A stretch of 63,986 nt of DNA, the filler included, from Reticulomyxa filosa (taxonomy: Eukaryota; Protista; Foraminifera): the NCBI GenBank assembly GCA_000512085.1. It is 22 parts of 22 records of this genome, joined end to end, with 100 filler letters (N's around TTAATTAATTAA, not from the genome) between each part and the next. Parts side by side here need not be neighbours in the genome. Positions count along the whole stretch, not along the records: positions 22,533 to 24,269 come from ASPP01006629.1; positions 24,370 to 26,148 come from ASPP01023168.1; positions 26,249 to 29,290 come from ASPP01044060.1; positions 29,391 to 30,619 come from ASPP01006019.1; positions 30,720 to 32,151 come from ASPP01025161.1; positions 32,252 to 40,310 come from ASPP01004578.1; 16 more parts are not named here. The stretch is one strand, 5' to 3'. The notes below the pieces were generated by a model, which worked only from the letters and a program-made list of their open reading frames with translations, was not told the DNA's origin and searched no databases. Position numbers and translations under genes: made by a program. This document shows positions 23,695 to 36,107 of the stretch, in pieces. The stretch's first letter is position 1; each line of letters opens with the position of its first letter.

Positions 23695-24189
23695 ATGGCT
23701 CACCAAGAGAACTTTACAAACACTTACCGGAAGGGAAAAAAAAAGATGCACCGAAGGCGATTTAAGGTTGATCAAGAGATATGCAATCATATCTATTTAA
23801 TATACACAATAACACGCTTCATGATAATTGCAATTTGCATTGTAGTGGCTGGACTGTCGTTTCAGGACAGACTGGAAAACTTTTTCAAAGATCCAGAGAA
23901 CTGTTGTAAGTGTTTATTTTACGACATGCTCAGTGCATCTCACGACGTGCGGAGTGAGTTTAGCCAGTGTTACAAGCAGCATCCAGATTATATATGTTCG
24001 CTGACACTTAGTTCTGATCAAGCCAGTGTGAACGAAACAATTACCGAGAGAATCGGGGATGCTTGTTCTGAAAGTTGTGTGTTTGATGTATGGCAACAAA
24101 TGCATATATGTGGATGTGTATGTCGATGTTTGCAATTATTATTATTTATTATTTGTTATAATGACATATCGTGTAATATGTGTTTATGA
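23695..24189 (+). CDS. Hypothetical membrane protein with Cys-rich domain (partial)
   Basis: Basic N-terminus, TM segment FMIIAICIVVAGLSF, then CCKC..C..C..C..C. Confidence 0.45.
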   Translation: MAHQENFTNTYRKGKKKMHRRRFKVDQEICNHIYLIYTITRFMIIAICIVVAGLSFQDRLENFFKDPENCCKCLFYDMLSASHDVRSEFSQCYKQHPDYICSLTLSSDQASVNETITERIGDACSESCVFDVWQQMHICGCVCRCLQLLLFIICYNDISCNMCL

Positions 24190-24390
24190 ATGGATTGTAT
24201 GAACAGCGATGAGATGTTATTCCTCGTTTATTTTCCCGTCTTGGAAATGGACCAAAGATTTTCGCATTTNNNNNNNNNNNNNNNNNNNNNNNNNNNNNNN
24301 NNNNNNNNNNNNNTTAATTAATTAANNNNNNNNNNNNNNNNNNNNNNNNNNNNNNNNNNNNNNNNNNNNTATATATTTATGTATTACTAA

Positions 24391-25690
24391 TTACAATATA
24401 CATATATAATATTTATTATCAAAACTTAATAATAAACATTCCAATGTATCTTGTTGGTTATATGTTTGAAATTTTGGAGCCAATTGACCTAAAGCAAATT
24501 TTACACCACTTGGTGTAGCTACGTATTCTCTTGAATTTGTGTTTGTTTGCCAATATCCTTGCATTAATTGTTGAAATTGTGCAAACATTTTATTTTATTT
24601 TAATTTAATTGGCTGTTCATTTAATGTAAGTTGTTGTAATAATGGGGTATTGATTAAACATTGCAATGATGCGTTTATATAGCATGCATTTCCTAAATTT
24701 CTTAAACTTTTTGATATTTTTTTTTCGATTTCTTTTGTTTCTTCTGGTCCTTGCTTCTGTTTGGACAGTCTGATTTATTTCATATTGTATAACACTTGTT
24801 CATTTTTATTATAAGATAATAATAAAACATAAACTCTGGGAGATATTTCTTCAAAGTTTCATATTCCTTTGTCTTTCTATTTGTTTTTATGTTTACACTC
24901 TTTCGAATAATTATCGAAATATATATTTGTATATTTTGTAACTGTTCCAATAATTGCTGTGAGCGGCTTTTTTCACTTTCTAATTTCCTATTTTTTTTAT
25001 TTAAAAAAAAGTGCAATGTGAATCATTCCATTAATATCTCCTTTCATTTTCAAAACTGTTTCAACTGTTCAATCTCACTTTCTTTTCTATACAATCAAAC
25101 ATCACTGCCAAAGTGGACACTTCAACTTGTATGTTTGGGTTATACGTATTCATACATATATCCACTCCAAATTTAACTTTTGTAATTCAATCTCCAACTC
25201 TTTGTTTTTCGTTTCTAATTTTTTTTAACTGAGACACGAATTTCATCTTTATTTTTTTTAATTTTGTTAATGTCCTCAATTTGCAAGAGGTAACTGACTC
25301 CAAACTTCAACCGATACCAACACACACACATACGAACAAAAAAACAAAACTCGGAGCAGTTTCACTTGTTCTTGGTATTGAATTTTCGATTCCTTTATCT
25401 CTTTTTCGTGTGCAATCAATTTGTCCCTGTAATTGTATGGCATAGATTTGGACAAGATTCAAGTGAAGGTGTTTTTTTTATATTACATCGCAATATGATA
25501 TCCGTGTACCCATATTGGCGAAATGGACAATCGATTGGAGACAATGGACATGAATTTTCTAAATGCTCTTGAATGTATTCTATTTTGCATTCGTATTGAC
25601 ATCCAGGATTGGAATCATGCCAATCTCATCACGTCTTTCACAACTTGTTTACATTCGAAACACATATCTATTTTTTTGAGATCCAAACTT
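24391..25690 (-). pseudogene. Degraded RING/zf-TRAF + coiled coil + ubiquitin-specific protease (C19) gene
   Basis: CFECKQVVKDV; CQYECKIEYIQEHLENSCPLSPIDCPFRQYG; coiled coil; Cys box LRNLGNACYINASLQCL; KFQTYNQQDTLE. In-frame TAA at 24595-24597 plus frameshifts. Confidence 0.7.
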
Positions 25691-26248
25691 TACAATGATA
25701 GTAGCAACAAATGGATATTGGTGATAATCGAAGATTTTTTGATCACGTCCATAGAATTGCTACAAACAAATAAATTGGAATATCGTTATTTTTTTCTTTT
25801 TTTTCAACAGCGTAAATGAAACTTGATTGTGCTAAAAAAAAACTGCAATTCATTGAAGTGATTATGTTAAAATTTCTCTTTTTAGTTTTTTTACATCTAT
25901 TTTTACTTTGTTACATTGATACACTGCAGCAATTGGTAAGTGACCACTAACACAATTTTCATTGAGCATTAACAATTCTTTAATATTGGTAGTGCGTAAA
26001 TTCTGTCGAAGTATTTTTAACAATTACTTGATAAGTATTAAATGTATAGTACAAGAAATCAACAACACAGACAGTTCCAAAGTAATATTATGACAAAATA
26101 ATTTGAAAATAATTAATTGTTATGATCTTTTATTAACATACAAAAAAANNNNNNNNNNNNNNNNNNNNNNNNNNNNNNNNNNNNNNNNNNNNTTAATTAA
26201 TTAANNNNNNNNNNNNNNNNNNNNNNNNNNNNNNNNNNNNNNNNNNNN

Positions 26249-28450
26249 ATCCAATTTTTTTGTTTATTTGCTTGTTTTTTTTTAAAAAAAAAGAAGAAAA
26301 CTTAACATTGCAGAATTGGACGGCATTGTAGAATTGCAGGCGAATTGTGGATATCAATGACATAATTTTTGATTTGATGTCTGAGTTTTCAATCATTTGA
26401 AATGGAATATCATTTACATTGAACATTGAGACACCAGAAAAGTAAATTTGCAATTGGTGCTGATAGTTGAATTTTGTGTTCGAGCCAACGTTGTGCAGAG
26501 AATTATCAAATGATAGCTCCAATCCTATACTTGATTTTGATTTTGGACATAGCTCGTGCATCTCATTTGACGACGACGTTCTTGTCATTACTTCAAATTC
26601 GCCAGCTGCCAATACAATACTATTTTCGTTTTTTTAAAATTTTTTTTAAATCAATTCCATCATATATGCAATCACTTCTACCATTTATTATCTCTTGCTA
26701 TACGTAAATCCACTTTTTTTTCAGTACATATTTTTTTTTTCATTTGATCTTTCTATCTATGTTATTTACCTGTGTGACAATGATTTGAATGCCAATTTGA
26801 AAAAAATTGACGAAATAACTAAAGTTGATTGGAATATATTCACGGCCTGTATTTTGATATATGAAATATTCTTGAACAGTTTTGTATTGATCAACAGTTT
26901 GCTCGGTGGAAAACGTATACTTTCGTTTTCTAATACCATCGACCACTTGTTGAAATTTGCACATCTGATAAGATTACCAAATTGTAGATTTGTGAACATT
27001 ACACATATTTCCATGTTTTCGATGTCCACACGTTGATGTAGTAACTTGCTAATGTATTCAATGGTGTTGCCAATATGAACATATTGTTGTGATGTTTGTC
27101 CGTTCGTCACGTCCTTGCTTGAATTGAATATATTCAAATTAGCTGCATTTGATATCACTAAGAATGCATTTAATACATGCACTGCTATCAACACCAGCGA
27201 TGCTTTCATGCTGACTCGAAACGACCAAAGTTCTTCACACAATATTTTCTATTCCGTATGATCCCCTATACTCAAACGAAATGACATCAAATGAGCAATA
27301 AAGCCACTTTAAGATGAAAAAAAGTTTGTGGCAAACGATTTATTGAAATGCTGAGTTGATAGGGAAAATATAATTTGTTGTACTTTGTTTTATGAAATTC
27401 GCCACAGCTCAAGGTGGACAAAAGTTAGTGTTTTTCTCATTTCAACTCTTCGAGTTAAGTACACCTTCTATTTTAAGGCTACGGACAAAAAAAAGAGAAT
27501 AATCTCCAATAAAAAAAAAAACAAATGAAAAAAGCAGGATGAGTGAATGATTTAATGCTTTCTAACAAAAGAAGCACAAGTGTATTCATGGCAGCTGGTC
27601 ATGCAAAAATGCTCATGTTTATTTTTGTTTTGAAATTTGGAAAATCGAATACCTGTGCCGCCATTTCAATATTTGTCTATGTGCTTGTGTATTGTGCACA
27701 TTACAATTGTTTTACACTATGTTTTGTTTTTTTTTGATTGGATGAGAAAAGAGATCATCTCAAAAAAATTGATTGGGTGCTCTTTGATTTGTGACAAGTA
27801 AACAAAATGTGAAAACTTTTCAAAAAAGATACCTGTACAACTCTAAGCACTTGCAAATATACTTGTCATCCCCTTGTGCATTCCAGCAAGACTACCATTT
27901 AAGATTGTTTTTTTGTGAAGGGTATATAAATCCAATCGACGAGTAAGTGTAATGTTGTAGCTGGATCACGACGAATGAATCGAAGATATTGAAGCGATAT
28001 ATACACAGCAAGTACATGAGGATGCTGTTTGCCAAACGAATTGATCCACTCGAACACATTCACCCTGTACGTAAAAAAAAAACATTTGTGCATACTTCGA
28101 GTTGTTGTGAAGTGACGATATTGTGTATCATTGAAATGGAATTATTTCAAGGATAGTACTGACATAAACTCTTTAATGACGAAATATGTGTTATGCATAC
28201 CATGTGGCCACTGACATTCATTTCAGTGATAATGCTAAATTGCTCCATTCGCTCAGAGTCTTTCAGATCGATGTCTGCGCTCGCTTATTGACAATCTCAA
28301 CGCTTTGGAAAGAAAGGTGTGTTTGATGTTTTCATTGCCACGTGAGTATCCATTTGCGCAAGAAGAATTCATGTTCATGATTTGGCAATGTTCTCAAAAT
28401 GACATGATAACATCAATTTGTTCTTGAAATGAACAGAAGGTATCGTGATC
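26249..28450 (-). pseudogene. Fragmented large hypothetical gene
   Basis: Several minus-strand ORFs (64-158 aa) with intron-like gaps and stops; no family recognised. Confidence 0.3.
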
Positions 28451-29390
28451 TTAGTTTTTTTTAATTTTAGAAACACTTATTTAAGTTACTTTATTCTGAA
28501 AATCTTATAAAAAGTAAATAATGAACAAATCAAACTCTTGCACTCACATTTCACAATATTTTGATTCCATCTGCTTAGCAGTGGTAGTGGTGACAATATC
28601 CACGTTTATGTTGTGTTTGATTCTATAGTCATTGTTTTCGTAGGAGGTGGTTCATTCCCATGCACGCTTTTATATTTTATTTTTTTTTATATGCGTGCAT
28701 GTCTTTTTCTTTTTTTAACAATTTTTGTTTTTCAAATAGACTCATCCATCCAATTGTCACAAAACTTAATTGAAATAGAGTCCGTTCTCAGCACACTTAC
28801 TAGATTTTACAAATTTCACCAATTGAAACTATATTGAAGAAATAAACACGATACAAAGATTTCCATCATACCAAAAAAAGACGAACAGTGAAATCTGTAA
28901 AGAATATATTAAAACGTAGCCTTGCAGAAGAAAACTCGTCGCAAGTAATATCTAATTGAAATTTTCGAAAGATTAAAAAGTATCTGATAATATGCAATGT
29001 TTAACATTTCATAAAATACATTTGATGTAAGCGCTTTTTATTTAGAAATTTGAATTTGCAAAACACACATTCACAGCATAACAAAACAAACAATTCAAAA
29101 GAGCATAAGCAAAAACAAGTAAGTGATGGAGATTTGACAAATAATAGCATTACTGTGAGTATCCATTTTTGATCAAATATATTTCAAAGTGATTTAATGA
29201 TTAACAACAGTACTGGAAAGACAAGAAAAAGAGGAGGCTTTCAAACTAAAGTCAATCTTACTGTATGTCAAAATGGCAGTATGTCATCTCNNNNNNNNNN
29301 NNNNNNNNNNNNNNNNNNNNNNNNNNNNNNNNNNTTAATTAATTAANNNNNNNNNNNNNNNNNNNNNNNNNNNNNNNNNNNNNNNNNNNN

Positions 29391-29412
<22 letters not shown>

Positions 29413-29425
<13 letters not shown>

Positions 29426-30094
29426 TATTGTTATCAACCATTGAAATCGTGCAGTTTTACAGTTTATGGACAATGCGCTTGCCACGATCAAGGAAACGCG
29501 TCTGGAAAGTTCCTTGCTTGAAAAGCACAGAATACAATTCTCACCTGACATCCCCAAATCGGTCATCGTCTTTGATGCTGATGCCAATGCAAAGATGGTC
29601 CAACGGTTCAAACAGAGCAATCCCGACACCGTGCAAGACGACTTGTTGCTGCATTGCAAAGTCATTGCTTACAATATTTATCAAAAATATGTCCGAGTTG
29701 GATGTGAGTTAAGTCTTTTGATACTTGACAAAAAAAAAAAAAAAGATATCTCTTGTCAAATCCAGTGTCATCTCTTACCAAGATATTTATGTTTTTTTTT
29801 TAAAAAAAAAAAAGATATGAAATGAATATTAGCAGTAGAAATCGAGGGACGTTGCGAGTGCTAATGGATGACAAACAACAGTGGATGTCTGGAGAATATA
29901 CCATAAATCCAGGTCCACCTTTCGAAGATGGAGTCACATTGAAAATTTTATCTTCCATTTTTGATGCCGCTTTGGCTGAAAATATGGGTCTGCTGCTGAC
30001 TAGCTTCAGTCGCTTTCAAAACACTGATGAGTTTGAAAGCTTGTTATCACTCGTCAAAAATAATGCAGCGATTCAAACTACACAAGAAGCGTGA
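29413..30094 (+). CDS. RGS-domain protein, C-terminal part
   Basis: ELLLSTIEIVQF..IAYNIYQKYVRVGCEYEMNISSRNR..IFDAALAENMGLLLTSFSRFQNTDEF is the RGS pattern. Intron 29708-29814; T-run frameshift near 29455. Confidence 0.8.
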
Positions 30095-30719
30095 CCTCCT
30101 AATATTTTTTTTGCCTTTTTTTTTTCCCCCCTTCCTTCCAATTTTTACCAATTTATGTTTTGCCTCTCCGTTTTTGTTTGTCGTTTTTTAGCGAATTTTC
30201 ACATCTTTTGTTTATAGTAAACTTCATTGTGCAAACATAAGATCCCTGATTTTCACTCATCCAATAAAAAAAGACTCTTTCTTGCTATTTGAGAAATCTT
30301 CTCTTTTTCAATTTTAATTCAAATGTGTAATACGATTGTTAAAAAAGTTCAGAGGTTTGATCATATAGACTTTTCAACTGACAAAAAAAAAAAAGAAAAA
30401 GGATAATGCGAATTTAGAGGCAGCTCTTTACTTTTGAAGCAAGCATATTTCCTTGCTTTTTTTTTTTGAACATGCATTGTATTCAGACAAAATTCAATAA
30501 TGACCGTCACGAGGAGGCAATAATAGCCTAAGCATAAAAAGACAATACCACGTGCGTTTGAGATAATATTATTTCACAACCATAAGATGAACTCAAATTA
30601 ATTTGTGTTTTTTTTTTTTNNNNNNNNNNNNNNNNNNNNNNNNNNNNNNNNNNNNNNNNNNNNTTAATTAATTAANNNNNNNNNNNNNNNNNNNNNNNNN
30701 NNNNNNNNNNNNNNNNNNN

Positions 30720-31247
30720 TGACAGGGGACTTTGGCTTGAGCTGTTCACGAAGACTTGGGCGCGAAGTGAGTCTTGAATTCTCCTGCTTGCCTACCTTCT
30801 TGCTCTCTTTTTCGTCGCCTTTCCATTTGTCTTTGTTACCAACACTTGCAATTTGCGGTTTGTTGGTTGTCTTGTTTGGCGTTGTCGATGTCAATGTCAT
30901 TGTAGTCTTGCTGTTGTTGATGTTGCTGCTGCTTGGAGTCTTTTCGGAATCGAGTGGGTTACATATTACACACTCGGCATCACCGCTACGCAGTCTCATC
31001 ATTGGATACTTTGATTTTTTTTTTCCTAAGTGTTATTGCTGTTACTGTTGTTGGAGGGTAGGAAAAGATTACACAACACCTGACAGCTGGGACAATGCTC
31101 GGCCATCATCCAACCTTGCAATAGCGACACATCCATACACTGCGAAGCGAGACTCGTTTGCTCCAACATCTTTTCCCATGCTTCCTCATCCTAGCCCAGG
31201 GAATTTGAAGCATTTATCTCTTTGTTCACATGATCATTACCTGACAT
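30720..31247 (-). CDS. ZNRD2: SSSCA1/ZNRD2 (Auto_anti-p27) zinc-ribbon protein, with in-frame TAG; 3'-partial
   Basis: Spliced ASQCMDVSLLQGWMMAEHCPSCQYPMMRLRSGDAECVICN (intron 31009-31079). ATG at 31247, TAG at codon 19 (31191-31193). Confidence 0.72.
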
Positions 31248-31655
31248 TATGTTTATTTTTTTTAGAGTTTTTTTTGTTAAAACACTGTGTGTATGATTAA
31301 CTTAGAAACAAATCAACATGTTCACTTTTTTAAAATATGTTTTAATAGATTGATTTCTTTGGTGAAGCACAGCAGAAGAAGAAAAGCCACAGCATAAGCG
31401 ACAGTATTTTTACTAATCTCCTTTCGAAGGAGTTTGATTATTGAAAAGCAAAATTAGCAAGCTGGTTTTGAGCGATTTAAAACTTTATTGCATTGAAATG
31501 CAAGTTGATCAATAAATACCGCTTGAATATAATAAAGAATTTACCTTGTAAAAAAAGAACAATTGAATAGAGTCCAAATATGAATGTTTTAGGAATTAAA
31601 TTGGATTGTAGTAATTAAGTGAGTATTGAAAGAAAAAAAAAAGAGGAACCAATGA

Positions 31656-32033
31656 TTATAATTTTGAGTTTGAACCTGAAATATTTGTGTCAAGTTTAAG
31701 ATGAGATGATTGTTGAGTAGCTAAATGTCCAATCGTGTCGGCAGCCGATTGTACCTGAGACAAAGTAGTGAAGCAGCCGACACTAATGCGTAGTGTGCTA
31801 ATGCCAACCGAGCGATAGATATTCATGGCAGACAAGACATGGGACAATTGCACATGATCCGAGTGGCAAGCAGCGCCAACACTCACGCACACCTGATCAC
31901 CCAACGAACATACGATAGCACTTCTCTTTAATCCTTCAAAACTAATCGATAACGTATCCGGCAACTTTGCGTGGGATGCCATTGAGATGGACATATTTAT
32001 AGTACTCCTTTGGCATGCATTGTAAAATGCCAC
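31656..32033 (-). CDS. SCLY: Selenocysteine lyase / group I cysteine desulfurase, C-terminal part
   Basis: KLPDTLSISFEG..VSVGAACHSDH..SHVLSAM..TLRISVG.FTT. SVGAACHS resembles SCLY rather than NFS1 (SSGSACTS). Confidence 0.75.
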   Translation of the reverse strand: MAFYNACQRSTINMSISMASHAKLPDTLSISFEGLKRSAIVCSLGDQVCVSVGAACHSDHVQLSHVLSAMNIYRSVGISTLRISVGCFTTLSQVQSAADTIGHLATQQSSHLKLDTNISGSNSKL

Positions 32034-32251
32034 TATGGATTAGTTTACACCACTTTTTCCAATCATCTTCGCAATTGTTTTCTAAATTTCTTTTTTTAAA
32101 AAAAAAAATTTAGAAAAAAAATGGGATCAATCATCAAAAAAAAAAAAAAAANNNNNNNNNNNNNNNNNNNNNNNNNNNNNNNNNNNNNNNNNNNNTTAAT
32201 TAATTAANNNNNNNNNNNNNNNNNNNNNNNNNNNNNNNNNNNNNNNNNNNN

Positions 32252-32290
<39 letters not shown>

Positions 32291-32383
32291 GCTTTGCTTA
32301 GTTGCTACGTACATGTACGTATACAAATATGATATCAGCATGTATACATATAAATATAAATGTAAATGTATGTGTATGGGTTA

Positions 32384-33676
32384 TCACAGATTTTTGTGTC
32401 CATCTTTTTTGTTTGTTTGTTTTGCTTTCTTCTCAACAGTGTAGGGATATTTCCTCGTGATCATCTCCACGACACACATGCCAAACGCATAAATGTCCAC
32501 TTTTTCGTTGTATTTTTCAGTGTACAATTCAGGCGCCATAAATTCAGCTGTGCCCACAACACTAAGCGCTTTTTTACAATTGTCGGTAGTGGAGACAAAG
32601 AGAGAGTTGAATGGATGCCGGTTGTTATTATGGTTGTGATTGTGATTATGATCATGATTGTGACTGTGACTTTGACTGCGGTTATGATGAGCATGATCGT
32701 TGTTGGTATCATGATTGGTTTGAACATCACGTGCTTGAGAACGGTGAAGTGTAATACGATTGGCCTCCACATCACTATCTCCACCAATACCACCGCTAGC
32801 GTTGCTGAAACGACGGAAGGTCGTGCTCAGCCCTAAGTCTCCAATGGTGATATATCCGGTCGGACCGTCAATGAAAATGTTGTCACATTTGATGTCGCGA
32901 TGGATCACCGGGTAAGGCTTTAGTGTATGCAAATAATCCAATGCTGCGAGCATTTGTCGACACCACTTTTTCACTGATGCCAAATTCACTTCACGCTCGC
33001 GGATAAACCGTCGCAAGCTGCCACTTTGGATTATATCTGTTATAAAGCACACTTGACGAGTCCGAGGATTACTCCAAAAATCACGAATTTTTAGTATGCG
33101 AGGGTGGTTCAAGTTTTTTAACATTTCTATTTCACGTTCTAATTTCTTAAGCTCGCTTTCTTTACCAATCCTTTCAATATCGATCTGCATTCGATTTGGT
33201 GTTATTTATTGTTATTGTTATTGTTATGGTTATTTCGTTCGTTCCTCCATTACCTCTTTTCTTTAAAAAAAAAATGTTTCAATGGACAACTAAAAAAAAA
33301 AATGACTGGTCCATAACTGCGTTCCAAGCCACATCAATACAATTTACTGTGTCATAGGCAAAATATACCGATTTATAGGCACCTCGCCCAAGCTCGGTTT
33401 GAAACTAATTCGAATTATGATTTTTTGTTTTTATGTTGATTTGTTGATTGGTTGATTGACGGATTGGTTGATCGATATTTTTGTTTTTGTTTTTGTTGTT
33501 TTAAGATTGAAAATACCCTCCTATCCCACTTGCTCCTTGTCCTCATTCTTGTCTCTGTAACAACGGAAAAAAGGTCGATTTGTTGTTGTTAACTTAACTC
33601 GATGATATCTTCCGTTGATTGATGACCCTTCTCCACCATAAGACCGTTCCACTGGGTCTCCTAACTTTAACGCCAT
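32384..33676 (-). CDS. WNK: WNK-family protein kinase (3'-partial)
   Basis: GRYHRFQTELGRGAYKSVY (Lys in subdomain I), VAWN, IHRDIKCDNIFIDG, IGDLGL, GTAEFMAPE and VDIYAFGMC. Introns 33405-33598 and 33185-33317. Confidence 0.93.
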
Positions 33677-34135
33677 GTTATGTTTTTTTTGTCACAAATG
33701 TTCTTACAAAATATAACGGCAATAAAAAAGGTTACTGATACTTTGTGGCAACAGTAATAACTTTGCTGAAGTTTTTTAAAATGATTTGTGATGAACTTGT
33801 TGGAATTGAAAGTTTTCACTTTTTTCCGTTCTTCTTTAACTCTTTTTTTCTTAGTTTCTTCGTCAGCACAGACAGTTGCTTAATGGTATCATTAAAAAAA
33901 TTTTTATGGAAAGCCTTTCAAAAGTAAGTCTAGAAACAAAAAGAAGTGGATCTGTCTGTTAGAGCTTGAATCATTTTTTTTATTGTTTTTGCTTTGCTGA
34001 ATTTGCTGAGGAAAATAAGCCAATAATATTTTGTGTTTTCTACCACCTGATTTGAAAACAAAAACATTGCTTGTGTCACATTTCTATAGCCTAGTACAAA
34101 ATTGAACTAATGTTTCAAAAATCATTTTAGTTGTG

Positions 34136-34941
34136 ATGAGAGCCCTCTTCAATCATACCCGTCTTGTCAGGAAATCTTTTCCAAATATATCCCGGTTTCC
34201 CTTTTCATCATATGGAATCGGTTATCCGGCACCTCCTGAACTTCGAGATATTGTGAAATTGGAGCTGTTGGAACAAGAGTCACAACGGCGAATTGAAGAA
34301 ATTTGGCTTGACCAATACCGCTTTGGTAACAAAAAACAATAACTGATTAAACAAATAGGAGGGAGAGAACGATGATTTGATCCAGGAGAGAGTAATACAA
34401 TACAACAAAAGTTACTCAGATAGGCGGGACTGGGATGTGTACAATAATAGACAAGCGTTACATTGGACACGTGCTAAGCAAAGACGATCATGACACACTG
34501 CTGAATCGACTTCAAGAAAGTAAAATGTTTATATGGCCAATATCACTGAAAGACTCGAGTCGCTATTATGTATTGGTGTCGCAATACCAACACAAGCATG
34601 TATTTTTTACGAGTGCGGATTCGTTCCATCACAGTGCAAATAAGGCGGTTCCTTATCTCGTCATGACCCTTTATGATGATTTAATATGGAACAAACAAAT
34701 CGCTTTGGTTCGAAGTGAAGTTGTCGATCCCATCCACTTGACTATTGAAAACGCGCGTTCGCTGTGTGAAGACTTCTTTTCCAAATATTTGAAAGACGAA
34801 ACATTTGACAAGCACATCAATGTGTTTAACCACTTTAGTGCTGATTTTGATGTCCAAAAATACTTGGAAACACATTACGAGTTTGTCAAAAAGGCAAGGG
34901 AACTGAACATTGTAAATGCACAGGAAACAAAAAAAAATTGA
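34136..34941 (+). CDS. ATP11: Mitochondrial F1-ATPase assembly factor ATP11/ATPAF1
   Basis: Presequence-like N-terminus; LRDIVKLELL..IEEIW; MFIWP; PYLVMTLYDDL..IALVRSEV; FNH..FD. Intron 34326-34450. Confidence 0.88.
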
Positions 34942-36107
34942 GCTCATTTCATTTAATTCTTTACTCTCAAATCCTAAGTTGGAATACTTTGGTTTATTGT
35001 GTGTTATTCTGATGAGAGAAGGGAAAATAATACTTTTGCAAATTACAACACAAAACACAATTTGGTAGTCAAAATTGCTCATTTACTTTCTTTTGCATTC
35101 TTTGTTCTCTTCGCAAAAAATACTAATCTATCCAATAGATTATTTTTAAAAATATATGTGTGACAACAAAATTTAACTTAAAAAATTGGTTCATAAACCC
35201 AAAATGAAAGTGAAGTTCTTGTGATGACATCACAAGACTTGAAGATTAATATCTAAATTTGATTCTAAATTGTTGTATTTTCTGTCAAAATAGAAATAGT
35301 TCGTATTTTGAAATTTTTTATCTTCTATAATAATATTACTTTATAATTTGGTTTTTTAACTAATTTTGACTTGTGATGCTTTTTGACATAAAACAACTAT
35401 ATTTTTGTCTTATTTATACTTTATATGTATTTTTCTGTTATTATTGTAATTTTAAAAAATTTAAGTTTAAATGTTTGTTTTTCGTGTAGAAAATCGATTA
35501 TCGTCAGTTTTCAGGGTTTTTTTGCAACGTACTGTATAGTTACATAATCTGCAATATAATTATATGTCTGTTTCATATTTAAATGTTCTTGTACTTTTAT
35601 TTTTTTTCAGTTATTGAATAATCAAAGAAACATAAAAGTGTTTAACATTACTTATGTTTTTAAATATTTATATTCAATACAAACATAACAAATTTTCTTT
35701 GTTTTTGTTGTTTACTTGTTCAAATGAATTGTGTGTTGGAGTTACATTAATCCTAAAAGTAAATGTTTCGACTTTATTTACGTAACTATTATAAGAAAGA
35801 TTTTACAAAAAAAACTGCAGTAGATTTTTTACCTTTTTGAGTTCACTTGAATTCAAATTATTGTAAAAACAACTTTTATGCTTTTAAAAAATAGTTGAAA
35901 ACAATTATCTGTTTTTTAATATGTGTAACTGATATCTACAAATCAATCAAAAATTTACCAAGCCAGTGGAAGACAGTCATTTGCGAAAGATCGATACTAC
36001 TTTTAAAACAAATTTTGGTGTGCCAGTGCTATCTTGTTTTTCTTCGTTTTATAAACTTGTTGAAGAATAACGATTACAAAAAAAAGGGCATATTTTTCAC
36101 AAAAGTA

